Assembly: GCA_027008665.1 (NCBI GenBank)
Contig: JALVEA010000180.1
Location: 1 to 31,877 of the forward strand
Direction: 5' to 3'
DNA from: Thiotrichaceae bacterium
Lineage (GTDB): Bacteria > Pseudomonadota > Gammaproteobacteria > Thiotrichales > Thiotrichaceae
Length of the DNA stretch: 31,877 bases
The position numbers and the translations under genes are program-made. Below are positions 6,307-15,397 of the stretch, piece by piece. The first letter of the stretch is position 1. Each line of letters opens with the position of its first letter. Below the pieces are notes generated by a model, which was given only the letters and a program-made list of their open reading frames with translations, did no database searches and was not told the DNA's origin.

Positions 6307-9300
6307 TTAGCGTATTGTTGCAAATAAACGTTTAATCCACTGTACTCGGTGCTCAACAGTTTCAAGTTCGACTTCAAAATAGAGCTTGTCTGAGCCAACA
6401 ATTTTATATTCCCATGGACGTTTTTGTACGAGTTGCATAATTTTCATTGGATCAATGGCAGGTTTTTGGTTAAAAACAATTCCTCCTCCTTCTTCGTTGA
6501 CATCGAGTTTTAATACCCCTAGTTTTTGTGCGATCTGTCTTAAACGAGTGACTTCAAAGAGTGTATTCACTGCATCAGGGAATAAACCAAAGCGGTCGAT
6601 CATTTCGATACGTAACTCACGCAATTGCTCTTTATTTTTTGCGTTGGCAATACGCTTATAGAGGATTAAACGATTATGCACATCAGGCAGATAATCATCA
6701 GGAATTAAGGCAGGCGTTCCAAGATCAACGGTGGTGCGTGTTTCACTGCCATCTTCTTCAGGAATATCACCACGTTTAAGGGCTTTCACAGCGCGTTCTA
6801 GTAAGTCATTATAGAGTGAAAAGCCAATTTCTTGAATCTGTCCACTTTGTTCATCGCCTAAAAGCTCGCCTGCACCGCGTATTTCTAAATCATGTGATGC
6901 CAGTGTAAAGCCGACTCCTAACTCTTCTAAGGATTCGATTGCTTCTAAACGTTTTTTAGCATCAGCACTAATCGCTTTTTCATGTGGGATAATAAGGTAA
7001 GCATAGGCTTTGTGGTGTGAGCGTCCTACTCGTCCACGTAATTGATGCAATTGTGCTAAACCTAATTTATCCGCACGATTAATAATAATGGTATTTGCGG
7101 TTGGGATGTCAATGCCACTTTCTATAATGGTAGTGGCAACTAAGACATGAAAGCGTTGATGATAGAAGTCTTTCATAATGCTTTCGAGTTCTTTTTCTGA
7201 CATTTGACCGTGGGCAAAGCGAACTTCTACTTGGGGGAGGTAATCCTTTAATTGATCCGTCATTTTTTGGATCGTTTTAACTTCATTGTGTAACACATAA
7301 ACTTGCCCACCACGTGATAACTCTCGCCCACAGGCTTCTTGAATCAGTATTTTGTCCCATTGTTTGACAAAGGTTTTAATCGCATGACGTTGTGCAGGGG
7401 CAGTGGCGATAATACTAAGATCGCGTAGACCTGAGAGTGACATATTCAAGGTGCGTGGAATAGGGGTGGCGGTCATGGTGAGCATATCGACATTGGCACG
7501 TAGCTTTTTAAGTTGCTCTTTATGGCGCACTCCAAAGCGGTGTTCTTCATCAATAATCACCAGACCTAAATCTTTAAATTGAATATCTTTTGAGAGTAGT
7601 TTATGCGTTCCAATTACAATGTCGATACGCCCTGTTTTCAGCCCAACTAATACTTCACGGGTTTGTTTGGGGGTACGAAAGCGTGACAGGGTTTCTATTT
7701 TAAATGGCCAATCTGCAAAACGATCCAGAAAGTTTTGTGTATGTTGTTGTACCAATAAAGTGGTTGGGGCAATCATAGCGACCTGTTTGCCAGCATTGGC
7801 GGCAAGAAAAGCGGCACGCATGGCCACCTCTGTTTTACCAAATCCAACATCACCACAAACAACACGATCCATTGGACGAATAGAACGCATATCCTCCTTA
7901 ACCGCTTCAATTGCCTGCGCCTGATCAGGGGTTTCTTCAAAAGGAAAGGCTTCACAGAAGGTTAAATACTCTATTTCATTCACCTCATAAGCATGACCTT
8001 GTAAGGCAGCGCGGCGGGCATTAATCTCCAATAATTCGGCTGCAATATCATGGGCGCGTTTAGCTGCTTTTTTACGAATTTTATCCCATTGATCTGTCCC
8101 TAATTTATGCAGTGGTGCTTTTTCAGGACTTGCTCCGCTATAACGACTAATAAGATGCAAAGAAGACACGGGTACATAGAGCTTATCGCCTTTAGCATAT
8201 TCTAGAGTAATAAATTCTTGCTCAATACCGCCTACTTCGAGTTTTTTCATTCCTTTATAGCGGCCAATACCATGTTCTTCATGCACTACAGGAGAGCCTT
8301 GATGTAGATCGGTCAAATTGCTAATAATAGCCTCTGCATCCCGAGTCGCTTTGCGTTTACGACGGCGTTGTTGTTGAACTTTTTGTCCAAAAATCAAGCC
8401 TTCAGGAATAATGGCTAACTCGCCTTGCTGTGCTTCGTTTTTAAGCCATAAACCCTCTTCTAAAGGGGCAACGGTGACGCTTAAACGACTACTGCCTTGT
8501 AAAAAGTTTTGCCAGTTATTGCTGGTACTAGCAAGGTATTGATGATCACGCAAAAGACCGAGTAGATTTTCGCGTCGTCCTGCGGACTGGGCGGTAAATA
8601 AGATTCGCCCTGAATGAATTGCCATGAATTGCCGTAATAATAATAGAGGCGATTCAGCACGAGGCTGTAACAATAAAGAAGGTAAGATGTAAGTTGGGTA
8701 ATTATAGCTATTCTCAAGATTTTCTTGTTCGTAATGATGGGTGGTTATACGACGCAGTTTGGATAATTCAGTTTGCAGTTGTTCGCTATTTAAAAAAAGT
8801 GCTTCTGGTTTGAGCAATGGACGTTCAATATCATGGCGACGTTGCTCATAACGCTCTGCAACCTGATGACTAAAGGTCTTTGCGGCAACCTCTATTTCTT
8901 GGCTATAAATCAATAAGGTTTTTTCTGGCAGATAATCAAATAAGGTCGCAGTTTGTTGAAAAAATAAAGGTAAATAATACTCAATACCTGCGGGGGGATT
9001 GTTATTACTGACATTATCATAAATTTGACTACGGGCTAAATCACCGCCTAATTGTTCTGCATAATGGGTGCGAAAGGTTTGGATACCTTCTGCATTTAAC
9101 GGGAATTCTTGTGCGGGTAGTAACTCAATTTTATCGAGTTGTTTAATGGTGAGCTGATTTTCAGGACTAAAACTGCGAATGGAGTCCACTTCATCATCGA
9201 ATAAATCAATACGAATAGGGTAGTTACTACCCATAGGAAATAGGTCAATCAATGAACCGCGTGTCGTATATTCACCATGCTCCATCACTTGGCTGACATG

Positions 9301-9759
9301 ACGATAACCCGTTTCTTCAAGCTGGTCTCGCATTAGTTCAATATCGAGTGTATCGCCTTTTTCCAATAAAAAAGTATTGCCACGAATGTAATTGGTCGGT
9401 GCTAAACGGTGCATTAGAGTAGCAACAGGAACAATGAGTACACCTTGTTGAGTTGTAGATAACTGATACAATGTTTTTAGGCGTTCAGAAATCAAATCTT
9501 CATGCGGCGAAAAGACATCATAGGGCAGTGTTTCCCAGTCTGGGAAGATATGAATATTATCAATAGCCGAAAAAAACTGGAGATTTTCTTTGGCTTGATA
9601 GGCGCTTTGGCTATCAGGAGTGATTAATAAAATCAATCCTTTATATTCTTGTGCCACATTGGCCATGAGTAGATCTTTTGCACAACCGTGCAATTGCCCC
9701 CAGTTTATTTTGTTCTTTTGCTTTTCGGGATAAAGGGGGGTAAGGCTTGTCTGAGGCAT
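6307..9759 (-). CDS. mfd: Transcription-repair coupling factor
   Basis: 1150 aa; FPDWETLPYD, CarD-like VHEEHGIGRY, GDVGFGKT (Walker A), DEEH, QLHQLRGRVGRS and the TRCF C-terminal domain. Confidence 0.99.
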   Translation of the reverse strand: MPQTSLTPLYPEKQKNKINWGQLHGCAKDLLMANVAQEYKGLILLITPDSQSAYQAKENLQFFSAIDNIHIFPDWETLPYDVFSPHEDLISERLKTLYQLSTTQQGVLIVPVATLMHRLAPTNYIRGNTFLLEKGDTLDIELMRDQLEETGYRHVSQVMEHGEYTTRGSLIDLFPMGSNYPIRIDLFDDEVDSIRSFSPENQLTIKQLDKIELLPAQEFPLNAEGIQTFRTHYAEQLGGDLARSQIYDNVSNNNPPAGIEYYLPLFFQQTATLFDYLPEKTLLIYSQEIEVAAKTFSHQVAERYEQRRHDIERPLLKPEALFLNSEQLQTELSKLRRITTHHYEQENLENSYNYPTYILPSLLLQPRAESPLLLLRQFMAIHSGRILFTAQSAGRRENLLGLLRDHQYLASTSNNWQNFLQGSSRLSVTVAPLEEGLWLKNEAQQGELAIIPEGLIFGQKVQQQRRRKRKATRDAEAIISNLTDLHQGSPVVHEEHGIGRYKGMKKLEVGGIEQEFITLEYAKGDKLYVPVSSLHLISRYSGASPEKAPLHKLGTDQWDKIRKKAAKRAHDIAAELLEINARRAALQGHAYEVNEIEYLTFCEAFPFEETPDQAQAIEAVKEDMRSIRPMDRVVCGDVGFGKTEVAMRAAFLAANAGKQVAMIAPTTLLVQQHTQNFLDRFADWPFKIETLSRFRTPKQTREVLVGLKTGRIDIVIGTHKLLSKDIQFKDLGLVIIDEEHRFGVRHKEQLKKLRANVDMLTMTATPIPRTLNMSLSGLRDLSIIATAPAQRHAIKTFVKQWDKILIQEACGRELSRGGQVYVLHNEVKTIQKMTDQLKDYLPQVEVRFAHGQMSEKELESIMKDFYHQRFHVLVATTIIESGIDIPTANTIIINRADKLGLAQLHQLRGRVGRSHHKAYAYLIIPHEKAISADAKKRLEAIESLEELGVGFTLASHDLEIRGAGELLGDEQSGQIQEIGFSLYNDLLERAVKALKRGDIPEEDGSETRTTVDLGTPALIPDDYLPDVHNRLILYKRIANAKNKEQLRELRIEMIDRFGLFPDAVNTLFEVTRLRQIAQKLGVLKLDVNEEGGGIVFNQKPAIDPMKIMQLVQKRPWEYKIVGSDKLYFEVELETVEHRVQWIKRLFATIR

Positions 9760-9941
9760 AGCATTGTATCTTGAGTAAATGATTGAAAATTAAACGTCGC
9801 ACTAAGAGAAAGGAGAAAACTATACAATTCTTATAAATTTCTTGCGATGATATTTATATCTAAATAGTTTATTATGCAAGAAAAATTATTAAGGTTTCGT
9901 TCATATATTATTTAATATCAGAGATTGATAAGGACTTTTTT

Positions 9942-10730
9942 GTGACGGTTACACCCTCTGTTTTAGAATTAAAAGGTGAGATGTTGATGTTAAATGTGTT
10001 GCGTTTGCAAGACGTTAATGTCGATAATATCGAAGCTGCATTGCAGAAAAAACGTGATGAAGCACCGATGTTTTTTATTCAAAGCCCCATTGTAGTCGAT
10101 TGTTCTGATCTAAGCGCAGAACAAGGTAACTTACTTGATCTACGTGCTTTGCGACGCATTTTAGTGAAAATGGATTTTGTCCCTGTGGGTTTGCGGGGTA
10201 TTTCTAACTCTATGTTAGCGGCATCCATGTCGGCAGGTTGGAATGTATTACGTTCAGCAACAAAAAGACCAGCAAAATTAAAAAAGGCAACGGAGACAGT
10301 AGTAAATAATAAGAATTGGTTAAATGAAAATAATCAAGATAAAGAGGCGTTTACTCAGCCTGAAAAAGATGTAACAAAAATAGAAGAAATAGCTGAAATA
10401 AGAGCAGGCATGACAATAGAGCGCCCTGTGCGTTCTGGGCAACAAATTTATGCTAAAAATGCAGATTTAGTCGTACTATCACAAACCAGTGCAGGCTCCG
10501 AAGTGATGGCAGATGGCTCTATTCATGTTTACGGTCCATTGCGTGGACGTGTGTTAGCAGGTGTTAAAGGGGATAAAACAGCGCGAATTTTCTGTCGGTC
10601 ATTAGAGGCAGAGTTAATCGTTATTGCAGGTTGTTATCAATTGTTGGATGAAAGTAATACAGACCTAAAAGGTCAGCCAGCAATGATCCGCTTAGAGGAT
10701 GAAAAATTAATTATAGAACCACTAGATTAA
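9942..10730 (+). CDS. minC: Septum site-determining protein MinC
   Basis: PVRSGQQIYA, GSEVMADGSIHVYGPLRGRVLAG, IFCRSLEAELI.IAG; GTG start. Confidence 0.97.
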   Translation: MTVTPSVLELKGEMLMLNVLRLQDVNVDNIEAALQKKRDEAPMFFIQSPIVVDCSDLSAEQGNLLDLRALRRILVKMDFVPVGLRGISNSMLAASMSAGWNVLRSATKRPAKLKKATETVVNNKNWLNENNQDKEAFTQPEKDVTKIEEIAEIRAGMTIERPVRSGQQIYAKNADLVVLSQTSAGSEVMADGSIHVYGPLRGRVLAGVKGDKTARIFCRSLEAELIVIAGCYQLLDESNTDLKGQPAMIRLEDEKLIIEPLD

Positions 10731-10757
10731 CTTCTTTTATGTTTTTGGAGAATACAA

Positions 10758-11564
10758 TTGAGTAAAGTAATTGTCGTGACATCAGGAAAAGGTGGTGTTG
10801 GTAAAACAACCACCAGCGCCGCATTTGCAGCAGGATTAGCCAGCAAAGGCTATCGGACAGCCGTTATTGATTTTGATGTGGGTTTGCGTAATCTTGATTT
10901 AATTATGGGGGTTGAGCGACGAGTAGTTTATGACTTTGTTAATGTGATTAATGGTGAGGCCACCTTACGCCAAGCACTAATAAAGGATAAAAGGGTTGAT
11001 AATCTGTTTATTTTACCTGCATCCCAGACGCGTGATAAAGAAGCATTGACTAAAGAGGGGGTGGAGAGTGTTATCAATGAGCTGAAGGAAGATGGCTTTG
11101 AATACATTGTTTGCGATTCTCCCGCAGGAATAGAAAAAGGCGCTTTTATGGCGCTTTATTTTGCTGATGAAGCCATTATTGTCACCAATCCTGAGGTCTC
11201 TTCTGTGCGAGATTCTGACCGTATCTTAGGAATCTTGCAAAGTAAATCACAGGCGGCTATTAATGGTGAGACAGTAAAAGAACATCTCATTATCACACGC
11301 TATTCCCCAGAACGGGTTAATAATGGCGATATGATCAGCCTTGAAGATATTGTTAATATTTTATCTGTCCCCTTATTAGGTGTTATTCCTGAGTCTAAAG
11401 CCGTTTTACAGGCATCTAATAGTGGTGTTCCTGTGATTATGGATGTGAAAAGTAAAGCAGGCCAAGCTTATATGGATATGGTTGAACGTTATCTCGGCGA
11501 GGATGTGCCGCATCGTTTTTTGGATGTTAAAAAGAAAGGCTTTTTTAAGAAGTTATTCGGATAG
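10758..11564 (+). CDS. minD: Septum site-determining ATPase MinD
   Basis: SGKGGVGKTT deviant Walker A, DFDVGLRNLD, DSPAGIE and the C-terminal amphipathic KKGFFKKLFG; TTG start. Confidence 0.99.
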   Translation: MSKVIVVTSGKGGVGKTTTSAAFAAGLASKGYRTAVIDFDVGLRNLDLIMGVERRVVYDFVNVINGEATLRQALIKDKRVDNLFILPASQTRDKEALTKEGVESVINELKEDGFEYIVCDSPAGIEKGAFMALYFADEAIIVTNPEVSSVRDSDRILGILQSKSQAAINGETVKEHLIITRYSPERVNNGDMISLEDIVNILSVPLLGVIPESKAVLQASNSGVPVIMDVKSKAGQAYMDMVERYLGEDVPHRFLDVKKKGFFKKLFG

Positions 11565-11570
11565 GGGTTC

Positions 11571-11834
11571 ATGATGGGATTTTTTGATTTCTTTAGACGA
11601 AACAGAAAGAAGAATACCGCTAATCTTGCAAGGGATCGTTTGCAGATTTTGATCGCACACGAACATGCAAGACGTAGGGGGGCGCCAGACTACCTCCCTC
11701 GAATGCGAGATGAGATTATAGAAGTCATTCGAAAATATGTCTCTGTCGATGATAACGGTGTCAATGTCAATCTTGAGAAAGGTGATGATTATGATGTTTT
11801 GGAATTAAATATAGCCTTGCCTGATCGGAAATAG
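11571..11834 (+). CDS. minE: Cell division topological specificity factor MinE
   Basis: N-terminal FFDFF membrane helix, A..ARDRLQILIAHE, DYLPRMRDEIIEVIRKYV, VLELNI.LP. Confidence 0.98.
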   Translation: MMGFFDFFRRNRKKNTANLARDRLQILIAHEHARRRGAPDYLPRMRDEIIEVIRKYVSVDDNGVNVNLEKGDDYDVLELNIALPDRK

Positions 11835-11888
11835 TCTTTATGCAAAAGAATCTTAATACCTAAATGTCATGTTATTAGGAGTAATGAT

Positions 11889-13085
11889 ATGTACAAAAAA
11901 ATCCTCGTCATACTTTATTTATCTGCTTCATTAACAAGTGCAGGACAAGCCAGAGAAGTCTCTATAGAAACACAGATACAAGGTCTCTATATTGCTTATT
12001 TTAATCGGGCAGCAGATAAAAATGGCTTGGATTTTTGGCGAAGTCGAGCGGCACAATCTAATGATAATAAAGCTATCTTAAAGGAGCTTTCAGCAGGTTT
12101 TTCTAAGCATCCTACTTTTTCTGCAACCTATGCACATTTGTCAAATCGAGCGTTTGTTGAGGCCATTTACCGCAATGTCTTGGGTAAGGACGGGGATAGT
12201 AGCGGAATCGATTTTTGGACTCAAACACTTGATCGGGGGGTAAGTCGTTCAGATATAGTGTCGGATTTTGTCGAAGCTTCTTTAACAAGCGAATTAACTC
12301 CTGCAAATTTTCCTCATTTAAGTACTTCAGACTTAGCAATAGCACAACAGCGACAAGATTTAATCACTAATAAAACCTTGGTTGCAGAAAGTTTTACCAC
12401 TTCATTAGGGCTATATAGCAATATAGAAAATACATCCCACCCAGAAAATGATCCTGCCTATTTAGCTTCAATTGCTATTCTTGCTGATATTAATGAAGAA
12501 ATTTCTAGCGTCTCTGAAAAGATAAATTATTTATCAAGTATTATAAATACCAGCAACCCAATTGCTGAAATTAATGGTACAGCTAATCAAGGTGGTAATG
12601 ATAATTCCATTCCTGTTCTTTCTAGTGAAGAAATATCAGACTATTTAAATGCCATTAATCAAGCCAGAGCGGTACAACAAAATTGCCACTCAAAAGGTAT
12701 ATTTCCTGCCGTTGCTCCTCTATCATGGAATAATAAGCTTTATCAAGCCGCTTATGAACACAGCTATGACTTAGCCACCAGCAATACCTTCTCACATACA
12801 GGATCAGGCACAGCCACTGATTGGACAGGGGTTGCATTAGGCAAGCCAAGCTCTCCAGGGGATCGGATTGAACATTATCATTATAATTGGAGAGGATATG
12901 GGGAAAATATTGCAGCAGGAACTTTCACTAATACAGCCACTATTGCTGTTCAGCAATGGCTAGATAGTGATGGTCATTGTGCCAATTTGATGAGTAGCAA
13001 TCATACCGAGGTAGGGATGGCAATGGTATACAATGCCAGCTCCACTTATACACATTACTGGACACAGAATTTTGGTACACAATAA
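11889..13085 (+). CDS. Secreted protein with an N-terminal DUF4214 (S-layer-anchor-like) region and a C-terminal CAP/SCP domain
   Basis: Signal peptide; QIQGLYIAYFNRAAD..GLDFW and FVEAIYRNVLGKDGD..GIDFW (DUF4214-type); INQARA...W...L..AA.EHS.D...FSH...GENIA...W..S.GH (CAP). Confidence 0.8.
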   Translation: MYKKILVILYLSASLTSAGQAREVSIETQIQGLYIAYFNRAADKNGLDFWRSRAAQSNDNKAILKELSAGFSKHPTFSATYAHLSNRAFVEAIYRNVLGKDGDSSGIDFWTQTLDRGVSRSDIVSDFVEASLTSELTPANFPHLSTSDLAIAQQRQDLITNKTLVAESFTTSLGLYSNIENTSHPENDPAYLASIAILADINEEISSVSEKINYLSSIINTSNPIAEINGTANQGGNDNSIPVLSSEEISDYLNAINQARAVQQNCHSKGIFPAVAPLSWNNKLYQAAYEHSYDLATSNTFSHTGSGTATDWTGVALGKPSSPGDRIEHYHYNWRGYGENIAAGTFTNTATIAVQQWLDSDGHCANLMSSNHTEVGMAMVYNASSTYTHYWTQNFGTQ

Positions 13086-13155
13086 AAAACTTCTAAGTTA
13101 TTTTAGAGGCAGATGTTTTTTAATTATATTTCCCCTATGCAATAGGTAATGGCTT

Positions 13156-13164
13156 TGCTAGGAT
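13156..13164 (+). promoter_or_regulatory. Extended -10 promoter element for rnpB
   Basis: TG-c-TAGGAT located 7 nt upstream of the RNase P RNA 5' end. Confidence 0.45.
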
Positions 13165-13171
13165 AGCGTCC

Positions 13172-13554
<383 letters not shown>

Positions 13555-13849
13555 TTTTTTATATTTCAATTCAGGAGTGTATACGCTCTTGAATCTTGGC
13601 TCCTAATCGCTTTTATTTACGTGTTCATTTCCTTGGAGTAGCTTAAAATAATATTGCCAACCTCCTCACTATGATTATTCTCCTATCTCTTCCTTTGGTT
13701 GTTTACTATTCATTCAAAAACTTAAAGTAATTTATGAAGTTTTATTTTTAGTTGTATGTAACAAAAACAAGTTCTTCTTTTTTTCAGTTTGGCTGTTAAT
13801 ACCTTTGGTCTAAGTAATTGTCTTGTATAGAAATTCAACGCCATTAGGG

Positions 13850-13879
13850 ATAGACCTATAGGGAGTTGAGGTCTATAAT
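13850..13879 (+). promoter_or_regulatory. Candidate dcw promoter (TAGACC-N17-TATAAT) overlapped by a perfect inverted repeat ATAGACCT-N11-AGGTCTAT
   Basis: -35 at 13851-13856, -10 at 13874-13879; repeat arms at 13850-13857 and 13869-13876. Confidence 0.6.
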
Positions 13880-13887
13880 TAGCCACA

Positions 13888-14064
13888 GTGGATAGAGAGG
13901 GTGTTGATTTCTCTATTTTATATCGAACAGAGCATGTAGGAATACCTGAAAGTTACTGAGAGTCGATTCTTAAAATTCAATCTATCAGAAGTAAATGGTG
14001 ATTACAGTTAATCATACGAATAGTTGTTTATTACTATCTCCAAAGGGATGAATGGTTGAGTTAG
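13888..14064 (+). pseudogene. mraZ: Decayed mraZ remnant (first SpoVT/AbrB-like domain only)
   Basis: Frame A: GVDFSILYRTEHVGIPESY*E; then a -1 shift (AAATG at 13993-13997) to MVITVNHTNSCLLLSPK; then a +1 shift to DEW. Colinear with MraZ GxxxxxLDxKGRxxxPxRYRE...MVxTxDxxxxCLLLYPxxEW, and it sits in the canonical mraZ position. Confidence 0.7.
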
Positions 14065-14132
14065 TTAGACTCAGAGTAATTTGGAAACTGATAATATGTT
14101 AAGTCAGATTTCTTTGTAAGAGTGTAAAGAAT

Positions 14133-15104
14133 ATGAGTGGTGCATTGTTGTCAGAATTTGAACATACAACTGTTTTGTTACATGAGGCCGTAGAAGCACT
14201 AGCCATTAAAAGTGATGGTTTTTATATTGATGCTACCTTTGGTCGCGGTGGTCATTCAAGATTAATTATTAATCGATTAAATCGCAATGGGTGTTTGTTA
14301 CTAATCGATAAAGACCCTCAAGCAATTGCTTATGCGAATGAAAAATATGCAGATGATCCTCGTATATTAGTTTGGCAAGGTTCGTTTAAAGATTTCCCTA
14401 TCGCATTAGAACAATTGCAAATTAACAGAAAACCTGATGGTTTATTGCTTGATTTGGGGGTTTCATCGCCACAGTTAGATGATGCCTCGCGTGGTTTTAG
14501 TTTTCAGCGTGATGGCGCATTAGATATGCGTATGAACCCAGAGACGGGTGAAAGTGCTGCTAAATGGTTGAGTTATGCAGAAGAAAAAGAAATTGCAGAT
14601 GTATTGTGGCAATTTGGAGAAGAACCTTTTTCTCGAAGGATAGCTCGGATGATTATAAAAGAGCGTGAGTTTGAGCCAATAGAGACAACCTTGCGTTTAG
14701 CAACAATTGTGTCAAATGCGGTGCCTAAATCGAAACAAAAGAAAGGAAAAAATCCAGCAACACGTAGTTTTCAGGCAATTCGTATTTTTATTAATCAAGA
14801 ATTGGATGATTTAGACGCTTGTTTGAAATATTCAATGCAATGGTTAGCAAAACACGGACGGATTGTTGTGATTAGTTTTCATTCATTAGAAGATAGAAGG
14901 GTTAAACGTTTTTTAAAAGGCAAATCTTCCCTGCCTAAATTACCACGAGGATTGCCTGTAATGAATGCTCAGATGGAGCAACTAATGGGTGAAACAGTTG
15001 TTTGTAAGCTGATTGGTAAGCCGATAAGGGCATCTCAACAGGAGCTAGAAAATAACGCCCGCTCACGTAGTGCCATTATGCGAATTGGAGAAAAAATAAG
15101 GTGA
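14133..15104 (+). CDS. rsmH: 16S rRNA m4C1402 methyltransferase RsmH (MraW)
   Basis: HTTVLL.E, DATFGRGGHS, LDLGVSSPQLD..RGFSF, PATRSFQAIRI, SFHSLEDR, N.RSRSA. Confidence 0.99.
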   Translation: MSGALLSEFEHTTVLLHEAVEALAIKSDGFYIDATFGRGGHSRLIINRLNRNGCLLLIDKDPQAIAYANEKYADDPRILVWQGSFKDFPIALEQLQINRKPDGLLLDLGVSSPQLDDASRGFSFQRDGALDMRMNPETGESAAKWLSYAEEKEIADVLWQFGEEPFSRRIARMIIKEREFEPIETTLRLATIVSNAVPKSKQKKGKNPATRSFQAIRIFINQELDDLDACLKYSMQWLAKHGRIVVISFHSLEDRRVKRFLKGKSSLPKLPRGLPVMNAQMEQLMGETVVCKLIGKPIRASQQELENNARSRSAIMRIGEKIR

Positions 15105-15397
15105 TAGCAACACAGGACAAGGATGAGTCTGGATGGCAACTTGGATTACTAATATGCTTGTTTGTGTCAGTTATTGTTGTCTCTATTATGGTTGTAATGC
15201 ACCGTCATCAATCAAGAGGACTCTTTGTTCAATCTCAAAAATTGGCTAAACAGCATAATATTTTAATTGCTCAATGGAGTCGTTTGAAATTAGAACAGGG
15301 TGTGGTACTCAATGATATTTATGTTGAGCGCAAAGCGCGTGAAGATTTGGGGATGAGAATACCGAAAGCTAAAAATATCAAAATGGTGAAAGAGTGA
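15101..15397 (+). CDS. ftsL: Cell division protein FtsL
   Basis: Single TM helix followed by a coiled coil (QWSRLKLEQG...VERKAREDLGM.IP); located between rsmH and ftsI with 4-bp overlaps. Confidence 0.9.
   Translation: MIATQDKDESGWQLGLLICLFVSVIVVSIMVVMHRHQSRGLFVQSQKLAKQHNILIAQWSRLKLEQGVVLNDIYVERKAREDLGMRIPKAKNIKMVKE

Noticed and set aside
13887-13895. DnaA box near the dcw promoter
   Set aside because: Only 7/9 match, single copy; expected by chance.
13983-14093. Nested hairpins suggesting a structured ncRNA leader before rsmH
   Set aside because: The stems are only 5-6 bp in AT-rich DNA, and the region is better explained as the mraZ remnant.
14077-14104. dif-like site (ATATGTTAAGT resembles the XerD arm)
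   Set aside because: There is no recognisable XerC arm at the 6-bp spacing.
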